Of a stretch of DNA of 64,000 nt, positions 1 through 8,675 are shown one piece after another (positions within the stretch are counted from its first letter, which is position 1; the number at the start of each line of letters is the position of its first letter). The DNA lies in NCBI GenBank assembly GCA_024654025.1, contig JANLIR010000002.1, forward strand, positions 21,885 to 85,884, read 5' to 3'. The notes beneath the pieces were generated by a model. It saw only the letters and a list, made by a program, of their open reading frames with translations, did not search any database and was not told where the DNA came from. A program made the position numbers and the translations under genes. The DNA comes from Candidatus Wolfebacteria bacterium (GTDB taxonomy: Bacteria; Patescibacteriota; Minisyncoccia; UBA6257; UBA9933).

Positions 1-429
1 CACCATGTCCACTTTATTAAGAAAGACAACCATTGCCGGAACGCCAACTTGGCGCGCCAAAAGAATGTGCTCTCTTGTTTGAGGCATTGGGCCGTCCGCA
101 GCGCTAACCACCAAAACCGCGCCGTCCATTTGCGCAGCGCCGGTAATCATGTTTTTGATGTAGTCGGCGTGGCCTGGCGCGTCGATGTGCGCATAGTGCC
201 TTTTTTCAGATTCATATTCCGAGTGGTGCAAAGCGATGGTAATGCCTCTGGCTTTTTCTTCGGGAGCATTGTCAATCTGATCAACGCTCTCTTCTTTTTT
301 CGCCAAGCCTTTCATAAAAAGGACGTGGGTAATAGCCGCGGTCAATGTGGTCTTGCCATGATCAACATGGCCGATTGTTCCGACATTGACGTGAGGCTTG
401 CCTCGCTCAAATTTTTCTTTTTCTGCCAT
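1..429 (-). CDS. tuf: elongation factor Tu, 5' part (runs off window)
   Basis: Manual translation from ATG at 429 includes [23 protein letters not shown]...[27 protein letters not shown]; not in the ORF track because it is truncated. Confidence 0.98.
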   Translation of the reverse strand, partial: MAEKEKFERGKPHVNVGTIGHVDHGKTTLTAAITHVLFMKGLAKKEESVDQIDNAPEEKARGITIALHHSEYESEKRHYAHIDAPGHADYIKNMITGAAQMDGAVLVVSAADGPMPQTREHILLARQVGVPAMVVFLNKVDMV

Positions 430-558
430 ACTTTTATAACTAATAACTTATAACCAATAATTTATGCTGAAAAATTCAGAGGTTATTAATTATGAATTAT
501 TAGTTAACAATTAATTGTTATTTGTATTGTTATGAATTTTTGTTTTTACGACCTTTCC

Positions 559-586
559 AGTTTACGATAAAAAAATAAAAAGTCAA
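559..586 (-). promoter_or_regulatory. putative sigma70 promoter of tuf
   Basis: TTGACT-N16-TAAACT on minus strand upstream of tuf. Confidence 0.55.
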
Positions 587-627
587 ACCCCAAACATAAA
601 TACGGTATAAATATGAGGTTTGACCCC

Positions 628-984
628 TTAATCTTTCACAAATTCGATTATCGCCATTTTCGCGGCGTCGTTTTTCCGACGCGTCATGCTTTTTACCACT
701 CTTACATAACCGCCTTTGCCGTCTTTATACTTTGGAGCGATTTCGTAAAAAAGTTTCTGCGCCGATTTTTTATTTAATCGGGAAATCAAAAGACGCAAGC
801 TGGCCAAGTTTTGTTTTTTCGCCAAAGTGATTAATTTCTCGACAAAGGATTTCATTTCCTTCGCTCGCGCTTCGGTTGTCGAAATTTTCCCTTTCAAAAT
901 AAGGTTACCAGCCAGGCTTTTTAAAAAAGCCTTTCGTTGGCCTTTTTTTCGATGAAATTTTCTGCCCTTTTTTAAATGCCTCAT
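628..984 (-). CDS. rplQ: 50S ribosomal protein L17
   Basis: MRHLKKGRKFHRKKGQRKA...TTEARAKE...GGYVRV; follows rpoA. Confidence 0.97.
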   Translation of the reverse strand: MRHLKKGRKFHRKKGQRKAFLKSLAGNLILKGKISTTEARAKEMKSFVEKLITLAKKQNLASLRLLISRLNKKSAQKLFYEIAPKYKDGKGGYVRVVKSMTRRKNDAAKMAIIEFVKD

Positions 985-989
985 CGCTA

Positions 990-1793
990 TTATTTCTTGG
1001 CCTTAGTTGTTTTTTTGACTTTTGCCGATTTTTTAGGTTTTTCTTCAGGTTCTTCCTCGGAAAGTTTTTTAGATTCTTTTACTTCCAGTTCGGAAATTTT
1101 TACAAAATGGTCGCTTAAAATATTAGCTGCTTTTCTAATCGCCTCTGAAGGAGTAATGCTTCCGTCAGTTTCAACGGCCAATTTCAACCGGTTATAATCC
1201 GTGTGCTCGCCAACGCGCATATTTTCAATATCAAAATTAACCTTCATAACCGGCGTAAAGACCGCGTCAATGGCAACAACGCCAATAGGCGTCTTTTCCG
1301 TTTTTCTTTCCTCAACCGGCACATAACCCAGGCCCTTTTCTACGGTTATTTCCATTTTAAATTCCGCTTTTTTATCAGTAAGCGTGGCGATATGAGCATC
1401 AGGATTTATAACCTCAACCAAAGAATTGGCTTTGATGTCTTTGGCTGTAATTGTTTTTTCGCCCTTAGCCTCAACAGTCAAAATCTGGGGCTCATCAGCG
1501 TGAAAACCAAACCTTACCTTTTTCAAGTTAAAAATTATTTCAATAATATCCTCTAGGACTCCCGGAAGCGTCGTAAATTCATGCTTAACGTTTGCAATTT
1601 TTATTTGCGTTACCGCCGCTCCAGGAATTGACGATAAAAGGATCCGGCGAAGAGAGTTTCCAATAGTCAATCCATAACCGGTATAAAGGCCTTCTATTTC
1701 AAAAATGCCTTTCTTTTCGTCTTCGGAAATTGTTTTGATTTTAACGGTTTCGCTAAGTCGTGCGTATTTCATATTTTTATACTTCAATTTCAC
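990..1793 (-). CDS. rpoA: RNA polymerase alpha subunit, N-terminal domain only (start probably ATG 1772)
   Basis: GYGLTIGNSLRRILLSSIPGAAV, HEFTTLPGVLED, IDAVFTPV, ETDGSITP; ends in a K/E-rich tail. Confidence 0.96.
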   Translation of the reverse strand: MKLKYKNMKYARLSETVKIKTISEDEKKGIFEIEGLYTGYGLTIGNSLRRILLSSIPGAAVTQIKIANVKHEFTTLPGVLEDIIEIIFNLKKVRFGFHADEPQILTVEAKGEKTITAKDIKANSLVEVINPDAHIATLTDKKAEFKMEITVEKGLGYVPVEERKTEKTPIGVVAIDAVFTPVMKVNFDIENMRVGEHTDYNRLKLAVETDGSITPSEAIRKAANILSDHFVKISELEVKESKKLSEEEPEEKPKKSAKVKKTTKAKK

Positions 1794-1802
1794 TCAGTAT
1801 AA

Positions 1803-1821
1803 TCCTGAGCCTGTCGAAGGA
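1803..1821. repeat. REP-like element (TCCTGAGCCTGTCGAAGGA) right after the rpsD stop
   Basis: Related copies at 8411-8448, 47486-47504, 60021-60042 and 60110-60131. Confidence 0.7.
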
Positions 1822-2439
1822 TTATTTTGAATAAAAATCTACCACCAAATTAATGTCAAACGGCATCTCAATGGCTAAAGGCAACGACTTCACTTTGCCT
1901 TCGATTTTTTCCGCGTTAATTGTCAACCATTCGGGCGCTTGATATTTTTTTATAGTATTAGAAAGCTCTTTAAAAATCAAGGAGTTTAACGATTTCGGCT
2001 TTACGGTAATAGCGTCTCCCGCTTTAACCAAAAACGACGCTACCGTAACTTTACGGCCGTTTACCAAAATATGCCCGTGGGAAACAAATTGCCTTGCCAT
2101 TATTCTTGAAGGCGCGAATCCCAATCTGAAAACCGTATTATCAAGTCGTCTTTCTAAAAGGCTGACAATCGCTTCGGACAAAGAACCTTTTTTCTTTGAA
2201 GCGTGTTTAAAAACATTCGCCATCTGCGATTCTTTAAGTCCGTAAGTTATTCTTATTTTTTGTTTTTCCATCAGTTGCTGTCCGTATTCGGAAATAGCCC
2301 GGCGTCTTGATTTGCCATGCATGCCCGGCCTATACGGCCTTCTAACCATGGCGCATTTAGGCGAATTACAACGATCCGCTTTCAAAAAAAGCTTTACACC
2401 CAACGCTCTTTCTTTTTTTTCTTTAGCTTGTATATGCAT
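1822..2439 (-). CDS. rpsD: 30S ribosomal protein S4
   Basis: PGMHG, SEYGQQLMEKQK, LERRLDNTVFRLGFA, ARQFVSHGHILVNG. Confidence 0.97.
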   Translation of the reverse strand: MHIQAKEKKERALGVKLFLKADRCNSPKCAMVRRPYRPGMHGKSRRRAISEYGQQLMEKQKIRITYGLKESQMANVFKHASKKKGSLSEAIVSLLERRLDNTVFRLGFAPSRIMARQFVSHGHILVNGRKVTVASFLVKAGDAITVKPKSLNSLIFKELSNTIKKYQAPEWLTINAEKIEGKVKSLPLAIEMPFDINLVVDFYSK

Positions 2440-2442
2440 GAT

Positions 2443-2898
2443 TTATACTCTCCTGACTTTACGCGCTCTTGGTCCGTTATGCGGAATCGGCGTAGCGTCT
2501 TTTATTGATAAAATATTAAACCCTTGATTGGACAGTGACCGGACTGCGCTGTCTCTGCCAGCGCCAACTCCTTTTACTATAACGTCAATATCGCTAAGGC
2601 CGACTTTCTTTAATTTCTCAGCCAGCGCCGCCACAACTTTTGAAGCCGCAAACGGAGTCGCTTTTTTAGGCCCAGAAAACCCCAAAGATCCGGCAGTAGA
2701 CCAGCCCAAAACATCGCCCTTGGCGTCTGTCGCGGTTATAACCGTGTTATTATAGCTGGCATTTATAAAAACCATTCCTTTATTTATTTTCTTGGCGGTC
2801 GCGCTTTTACCCGAGGCTTTCTCGATATTTTTTTCCAGCTCTTCGCCTTCCTTTAAAACTTCCGCTTCGCTTTTTTTGATTACTTTTTTCTTTCCCAT
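2443..2898 (-). CDS. rpsK: 30S ribosomal protein S11
   Basis: ASYNNTVIT, KKATPFAA, DATPIPHNGPR. Confidence 0.97.
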   Translation of the reverse strand: MGKKKVIKKSEAEVLKEGEELEKNIEKASGKSATAKKINKGMVFINASYNNTVITATDAKGDVLGWSTAGSLGFSGPKKATPFAASKVVAALAEKLKKVGLSDIDVIVKGVGAGRDSAVRSLSNQGFNILSIKDATPIPHNGPRARKVRRV

Positions 2899-2899
2899 T

Positions 2900-3283
2900 T
2901 TATTTCAAATCAACCTTCCTCCTTCCACTGCCGACTGTTTTTCTTACATTGCCTCTGACTGTCCGTGAATTCGTTTTTGTCCTTTGTCCTCTTACCGGAA
3001 GCTTTCTTAAATGGCGGCTCCCGCGATAACTTCCGATTTCTTTCAGTCGAGAAATGTTTGTTTTTATAACCTGCCTTAATTCATCGCCGATTTTATGATT
3101 TTTTTCAATATAATCCTGGATTTTTTTAACCTCCTCAGAAGTAAGGCTTTTAACTTTTTTCCCGGCCTCGATTTTTATCGAGTCCAAAATTTTGGCAGCT
3201 GTTGTTCTGCCTATTCCGTAAAGATGAGTTAACCCGATATCCACTCTTTTATTGTCCGGTATATTTATTCCTATTAAACGCAT
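2900..3283 (-). CDS. rpsM: 30S ribosomal protein S13
   Basis: LTHLYGIGR, YRGSRH..LPVRGQRTKTNSRT. Confidence 0.97.
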   Translation of the reverse strand: MRLIGINIPDNKRVDIGLTHLYGIGRTTAAKILDSIKIEAGKKVKSLTSEEVKKIQDYIEKNHKIGDELRQVIKTNISRLKEIGSYRGSRHLRKLPVRGQRTKTNSRTVRGNVRKTVGSGRRKVDLK

Positions 3284-3292
3284 GGTAAAAAA

Positions 3293-3409
3293 TTATCCTT
3301 GTCTTTGTTTATGCTTCGGATTTTTACTGCAAATAACATAGACTCTGCCGCCACGCCTGACAGTTCTGCAATTTTTGCAAATTTTTTTTACCGAAGATCT
3401 TACTTTCAT
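3293..3409 (-). CDS. rpmJ: 50S ribosomal protein L36
   Basis: Manual translation [38 protein letters not shown] (38 aa, below ORF-track cutoff). Confidence 0.97.
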   Translation of the reverse strand: MKVRSSVKKICKNCRTVRRGGRVYVICSKNPKHKQRQG

Positions 3410-3418
3410 TTTTATAAA

Positions 3419-3634
3419 TTAAAGCCGTCTAATAATTCTGCCTCTTTCTCCGTCAGGAGAAAGCTCTAACAAAACCGTGTCGCCAGGCATTATTTTAATG
3501 TAATGCATCCTCATCTTGCCCGAAAGATAAGCAATTATTATATTTCCGCTCTCCAGTTCAACCTTAAAATTCGTTGCGGGCAAATTTTCTATAATCCTTC
3601 CCTTCATTACCGCTTTCTTCTCGGAATTCGACAT
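3419..3634 (-). CDS. infA: translation initiation factor IF-1
   Basis: ENLPATNFKVELE, AYLSGKMRMHYIKIMPGD, GRIIRR; upstream TTGACT-N16-TAGTAT (3672-3645). Confidence 0.96.
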   Translation of the reverse strand: MSNSEKKAVMKGRIIENLPATNFKVELESGNIIIAYLSGKMRMHYIKIMPGDTVLLELSPDGERGRIIRRL

Positions 3635-3675
3635 GTAGAGATAAATACTAAATGAAATCGCAATAAAGTCAACCC

Positions 3676-5217
3676 CTAATTAATAATCACATTAACTCGG
3701 CCCTGATTAAGAGGAATTTTTGAAACCCAAAACGGCCAAAACGAAAAATCAGCTTTTTCAATATTGGGATATGAATAAATAAGGGATTTCAGCTCCGCCT
3801 CGGACTTACCGGAGATTTTTTGCCTGAAAGAATTCACGTCCAGAGGCTCCCAAAAAGTTCCTTTGAATTTAACCGGCAAAGTCATTATTTTGGTTTTCGG
3901 ATCAATTTGGACATTTCCATAACTTATCGAATACTCGTCCTCTTTTAAAATAAGCCGCAAAGAGGTGCCCACTACTTGTTTGGCCATTTGAGTTAAAAGA
4001 TTTATTATATGAACTTTTTTAAACGCCGTCATCGACATTTCTCCGTCGACAAAAACATAAAAATTGCTGTTTTCGTCTGTGTCGGTATTTACCGTTTCCT
4101 TTAACACATTAAATTGCCGGCTGCTGTCTATTAGTTTAAATTCGTCACTGGGAATTTGAGAAACTATAAAAACTTCGATTCCGTTTTTTAAATTTTTCTC
4201 CGCTTCCCCTTTCGCGTTTTTTATGTCTGCGTCAGTCGGATACGCCGCTTGCCCGACAAATCCGCTCGCAATCGGAGATTTCGATTCAGCGTAAAATTTA
4301 TCGAATTTGAGAGTTCCTTCAAATCCCGGAATAGTAAATTTACTGACCGAACCGATATTATAAGCCTCCCCTGGTTTTTCAGCCGCCACCTGCGCTTCAA
4401 TGCTTGCGGCAACCACTTGTCCGTTTCCCACTCTTGCGCCGGGAACTGTGATTCGATCTAAAAGCTTGAAAATTTTTCCGTCCGGCGCCTTAAATCTTGT
4501 TCCGCTTACTAATATCTGCTGCTCTGTTGAAAAATTATTATAAATGGTAATACTCCCGCTGGCTTTGCGCTCTACGTATTTTTTTCCTGTTGCCGGAAAA
4601 GGAAAATTTATATTTTTCCTCTGGGAAAAAATCGCAACGGGAATTTGCCGGCTGTTAAGATCGATATCCGTCAGCTTAGAACTCAAAGTCATAGGATTAT
4701 CATATTCCCAAGGAAATTTTTTAATTGAAATTTTAATATCCGCTTTGGGCAAATAGGCGTATGCTCCGTAAACCCCAAACCCCAAAACAACAGCGCCTAA
4801 AATCCAAGCTATCGAAGCCCATTTTTTTCTGGGATTTAATTTCATCTCCGGAAGCCGCGGCGGCAAAGAAATATTAATCGAATCCTGGCGAAGATGAGGA
4901 ATTTCTTTTTCGATCATCTGAGGCGAAGCTTTTCTGCCCAAAACTTCTTGTTCTTTCCTGTCAATCTTCTCAAACAACTTTTCCAACTCGTTGTTTTTAT
5001 TTTTCGGCTCTTCGCTTCCCTCTCCGCGGCTCTCTGCCCAGCTAAGCGGAGAAATAATTTTACCGCTTTTAACTGTGGTTTTTTCTTCCGGTTTTTTTAC
5101 CGGTTTTTTCTCCGCCTGCTTTATGCTAACCGGCTCGGAAACCAGTCCTTTGACATCCAGCTTTTTTATAATATCAACTACTTTTACTTTTGCTTTTTTC
5201 ACGTCTGAATCATCCAT
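3676..5217 (-). CDS. single-pass membrane protein, CPR baseplate-J-like family
   Basis: Charged N-terminus, one TM helix, ATGKK..KASGSITIYN...GTRF...VAAEKPGEAYNI...FTIPG pattern, WPFWV near the end. Confidence 0.6.
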   Translation of the reverse strand: MDDSDVKKAKVKVVDIIKKLDVKGLVSEPVSIKQAEKKPVKKPEEKTTVKSGKIISPLSWAESRGEGSEEPKNKNNELEKLFEKIDRKEQEVLGRKASPQMIEKEIPHLRQDSINISLPPRLPEMKLNPRKKWASIAWILGAVVLGFGVYGAYAYLPKADIKISIKKFPWEYDNPMTLSSKLTDIDLNSRQIPVAIFSQRKNINFPFPATGKKYVERKASGSITIYNNFSTEQQILVSGTRFKAPDGKIFKLLDRITVPGARVGNGQVVAASIEAQVAAEKPGEAYNIGSVSKFTIPGFEGTLKFDKFYAESKSPIASGFVGQAAYPTDADIKNAKGEAEKNLKNGIEVFIVSQIPSDEFKLIDSSRQFNVLKETVNTDTDENSNFYVFVDGEMSMTAFKKVHIINLLTQMAKQVVGTSLRLILKEDEYSISYGNVQIDPKTKIMTLPVKFKGTFWEPLDVNSFRQKISGKSEAELKSLIYSYPNIEKADFSFWPFWVSKIPLNQGRVNVIIN

Positions 5218-5281
5218 ACCAATTTATTATCGCAAATTTTTTCATTGCCGACAAGAAGCAATTAAAGTAAAATATAATTAT

Positions 5282-6838
5282 ATGAACACTCTCCGCAGCG
5301 TAATTTTAATAATATTAGACGGCTGGGGCATAGGCGCGGATGATTTTTCCAATCCGATTCGTCTTGTTAATCCGCCGATAATGAACTCCCTAAAAAAACG
5401 ATACCCTTACGGAACGCTTCAGGCGTCGGGAATCACCGTAGGCCTGCCTTGGGGAGAAGAAGGAAACAGCGAAGTCGGCCATTTAAATATCGGCGCCGGA
5501 CGCATTCTCTACCAAAATTTTCCCAGAATTACTTTATCAATAAAAGACGGCAGTTTTTATGAAAATGAAATTCTGAAAAAAACTCTGGAGTACGCCAAAA
5601 GCAATAATTCCAGTCTTAATTTAATCGGGCTTTTATCCGATGCCTGCGTTCATTCTTCTTTCGAACATTTATTGGCACTTCTCGAAGCCGCCAAAAAAAA
5701 TGATTTTCCTCTTGAAAAAATAAATCTCCATCTTATTACCGACGGCAGAGACAGCTCTCCTGAATCAGCCGTTGAATTTATAAATAAAATTCCTGAGCCT
5801 TTTTTAAAACAAATTGCTTCGCTTGGCGGAAGATATTACGCGATGGACAGAGACAGCCACTGGGACAGAACCCAAAAATATTACAACGCCATTACCGGAC
5901 AAGGAGGCACAATCGACGATTATCAAATGCACATCAAAAGCACTTACGCTAGGAAACTTAACGACGAATATATTCCCCCAACTTTAATCGGACCCCAAGA
6001 CCGTTCGATAAAAGAAAACGACGCCGTGATATTTTTCAATTTCCGCGAAGACAGAATGCGCCAACTTGTCCGCTGTTTCATCGAAAAAAATTTTAACCAT
6101 TTTCCCATAAAACAATTTTCCAATTTATTTGTCACAACTATGGTTTCTTACAAAGACGAATTTACCGCTCCCGTGCTTTTTCCAGCGGAAAAAGTTTTAA
6201 CGCCTCTGGGAAAAGTTTTGGAAGAGAACAACAAAATCCAGTGGCGCATCGCTGAAACTGAAAAATACGCCCACGTCACTTATTTTTTTAACGGCCAGCA
6301 AGAATCACCCTTTAAGGGCGAATACCGCGTTTTGGTACCCTCAAAAATAAGCTTCCGCTACGACCAGCATCCGGAAATGATGGCCGGAGAAATTACAAGC
6401 CGTCTTTTAGAAGCCATTAAAGAAAAAGTTTACGATTTTATTCTTGTTAATTTCGCCAATCCGGACATCATCGCCCACACCGGAAATTTCGAAGCCACAG
6501 CAGAAGCCATAAGAGTTATTGACGCCCAAATAGAAAAAATTTACGCCTCCGCAATGGAAAATGACTCTTTTTTGATAATCACTTCCGACCACGGAAACGC
6601 CGAAAGATTAATAGATCCCAAAACCGGCACTCCGGAAACAAAACACGACCCCAATCCGGTGCCGTTTTATTTAATCGCCAAGGAATTCGAAAGACAAAAT
6701 ACCGACCAATATGTGCATCAAGCCGAACATTCTCAAGTTGGCGTTTTAGCTGACGTTGCTCCGACGATTTTAGAACTGATGAAAATTCCCAAGCCCCCAG
6801 AAATGACCGGCCATAGTTTGATAAAATTAATTCTTTAA
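5282..6838 (+). CDS. gpmI: 2,3-bisphosphoglycerate-independent phosphoglycerate mutase
   Basis: LIILDGWG, GNSEVGH, GRYYAMDRD, AETEKYAHVTYFFNG, TSDHGNAE; true start ATG 5282. Confidence 0.96.
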   Translation: MNTLRSVILIILDGWGIGADDFSNPIRLVNPPIMNSLKKRYPYGTLQASGITVGLPWGEEGNSEVGHLNIGAGRILYQNFPRITLSIKDGSFYENEILKKTLEYAKSNNSSLNLIGLLSDACVHSSFEHLLALLEAAKKNDFPLEKINLHLITDGRDSSPESAVEFINKIPEPFLKQIASLGGRYYAMDRDSHWDRTQKYYNAITGQGGTIDDYQMHIKSTYARKLNDEYIPPTLIGPQDRSIKENDAVIFFNFREDRMRQLVRCFIEKNFNHFPIKQFSNLFVTTMVSYKDEFTAPVLFPAEKVLTPLGKVLEENNKIQWRIAETEKYAHVTYFFNGQQESPFKGEYRVLVPSKISFRYDQHPEMMAGEITSRLLEAIKEKVYDFILVNFANPDIIAHTGNFEATAEAIRVIDAQIEKIYASAMENDSFLIITSDHGNAERLIDPKTGTPETKHDPNPVPFYLIAKEFERQNTDQYVHQAEHSQVGVLADVAPTILELMKIPKPPEMTGHSLIKLIL

Positions 6839-8094
6839 CCAAAGATCTTCAGCACTCTTTCGTACTTTACTAATCTCTCCGGTTTTCCCGGAGCGCCGGA
6901 TTTCAATCCCCAAGCGCCAACGCCCACAGCCAAATCCGCGATAAAATCATCCATAGTCTCCCCGCTTCTGTGGCTCACCACTACCTGCCAATTGTTATCA
7001 TAAGCCATTTTCACGACTTCCAATGTTTCGGTCAAACTGCCGATTTGGTTAAGTTTTACCAAAATCGCGTTGCCGGAATTTTTATCAACCGCCATTTTTA
7101 ATCTTTTCGAATTAGTAGTCGTTAAATCATCGGTAATTACTAAAACATCCGGCTTGCTTGAAATATTTTCCCAATTTTTACTAATATTATCCGCGTTAAT
7201 CCGCGTTTTTAATCCGCGTAAATCAGCGGTAAGCGAAGCAAACGAATCGAAATCTTCTTCATAAAACGGATCTTCAATTGAAAGTATGTCGTACGCTTCA
7301 ATAAGTTTTAAATAATATTCTTTTATTTCTTCTTTTGAGTAGCTTTTTTTGTTGATAACATACTCCTCCGCCCGGTAGTATTGGCTCGCCGCAACGTCCA
7401 GTCCTATCCGCAAAGGATATTTATTTTTCGCTATCAAATCCGCCATAATTTCCAGCGCCTCTTCGTTGGTTTTAAACAGCGCCGAGTATCCCGCTTCGTC
7501 TCCTAACGTAATGTTCTCTTCTCCAAACTTATCGTCTAAAACTTTTTTGAGTTTTCTATAATATTCCCTGCCGACGCTGTAAGCAATGTTAAAATCTTCA
7601 GTTGTCGGAATCACCTGGAACTCCTGAAAATCAAGTTTGTTTTTAGCGTGCGCTCCGCCGTTGATAACGTTAAAAATCGGCTTGGGCGCTTTTATGATTG
7701 CGCTTCCAAAAAAAATTTCAGAAAAAATCTTATTAATATATTCGAAAAGTTCCTGATTATTTTCTTTGGCTCTAAGCCTTGCCCACGCCAAACTCAAAGA
7801 CAATATCAAATTTCCTCCCAAATTTTCTTTATTTTCAGTTCCGTCTAAAGCAATTAAAAATTTGTCAAAATCCTCTTGCGTCCGGCATTCTTTTTTCAAA
7901 ATTTCGCTTTTAATTTCCTCAAATTTTTCAATTGCTTTTTGAGGCTCCAAAACAAACGCCTCGTGCGTACCCGTGCTTTTCCCGGCCGGTATCGAAGCCG
8001 ACGCAAAAAAATTGTCGCTTCTTAACCCCGCTTCAAGCGTTTCGTTTCCTCTTGAGTCCGAAATAATTTTTACGTTCGCTCCAATAATCCGCAT
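6835..8094 (-). CDS. eno: enolase
   Basis: DSRGNETLE, GKSTGTHEA, NVINGGAHA, GDEAG, VKLNQIGSLTET, VSHRSGET. Confidence 0.96.
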   Translation of the reverse strand: MRIIGANVKIISDSRGNETLEAGLRSDNFFASASIPAGKSTGTHEAFVLEPQKAIEKFEEIKSEILKKECRTQEDFDKFLIALDGTENKENLGGNLILSLSLAWARLRAKENNQELFEYINKIFSEIFFGSAIIKAPKPIFNVINGGAHAKNKLDFQEFQVIPTTEDFNIAYSVGREYYRKLKKVLDDKFGEENITLGDEAGYSALFKTNEEALEIMADLIAKNKYPLRIGLDVAASQYYRAEEYVINKKSYSKEEIKEYYLKLIEAYDILSIEDPFYEEDFDSFASLTADLRGLKTRINADNISKNWENISSKPDVLVITDDLTTTNSKRLKMAVDKNSGNAILVKLNQIGSLTETLEVVKMAYDNNWQVVVSHRSGETMDDFIADLAVGVGAWGLKSGAPGKPERLVKYERVLKIFG

Positions 8095-8117
8095 TTGTTT
8101 AATTATAATCCGTAAAC

Positions 8118-8675
8118 TTATTTACGGAAAGCGCTTATCAAATAAAACGCCACTATCCCAAAAGCCACTACTACATTTAATGACTCCTTCCGGCCATACA
8201 TCGGAATTTCCAAAATTTTATCCGCTTTTTTCAAAATCGGTTTCGGCAAACCCTTAATTTCATTTCCAACGATTAACGCAATTTTGTTTTTCAGTTTTTT
8301 AGTTTTTGAGTATTTTAGTTTATTATACGGAATTGAATTCTTACTTTGCTCAATCGCGAAAATTTTATATTTTTCCTTTTTGAGCTTATCAATCAATTTT
8401 GAAATTGCTTGTGCTGAGCCCTTCGGTCCTGAGCTCAGGGTCGAAGGACGCGCCGAACCAATTTTCTCCCAAGCTACATATTTTTCCGCTCCCAAAGAAA
8501 CTTTTGTCAGTTGCTGTCTCGGCCGTCCAAAAACATCCGCCGGAGCCGGAGTTATCCCGCATAAATAAAGTTTTTTAATTCCCACCGCATCCGCAGTCCG
8601 GAAAATAGACCCCACATTATGCAAACTCCGAATGTTGTAAAGTAAACCAACCATAATGACTCTATTATAACCCAA
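8118..8675 (-). CDS. TrmH/SpoU-family RNA methyltransferase
   Basis: NIRSLHNVGSIFRTADA, IVGNEIKG, EIPMYGRKESLNV. Confidence 0.9.
   Translation of the reverse strand: MGYNRVIMVGLLYNIRSLHNVGSIFRTADAVGIKKLYLCGITPAPADVFGRPRQQLTKVSLGAEKYVAWEKIGSARPSTLSSGPKGSAQAISKLIDKLKKEKYKIFAIEQSKNSIPYNKLKYSKTKKLKNKIALIVGNEIKGLPKPILKKADKILEIPMYGRKESLNVVVAFGIVAFYLISAFRK

Noticed and set aside
49-453. 134-aa plus-strand ORF
   Set aside because: Antisense shadow of tuf
3676-5217. Prophage or contractile injection system from the baseplate-J-like gene
   Set aside because: Stand-alone membrane protein among housekeeping genes with no other phage or tail genes
4991-5281. N-terminal extension of gpmI in the ORF track
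   Set aside because: Overlaps the divergent 513-aa gene; GpmI homology starts at ATG 5282
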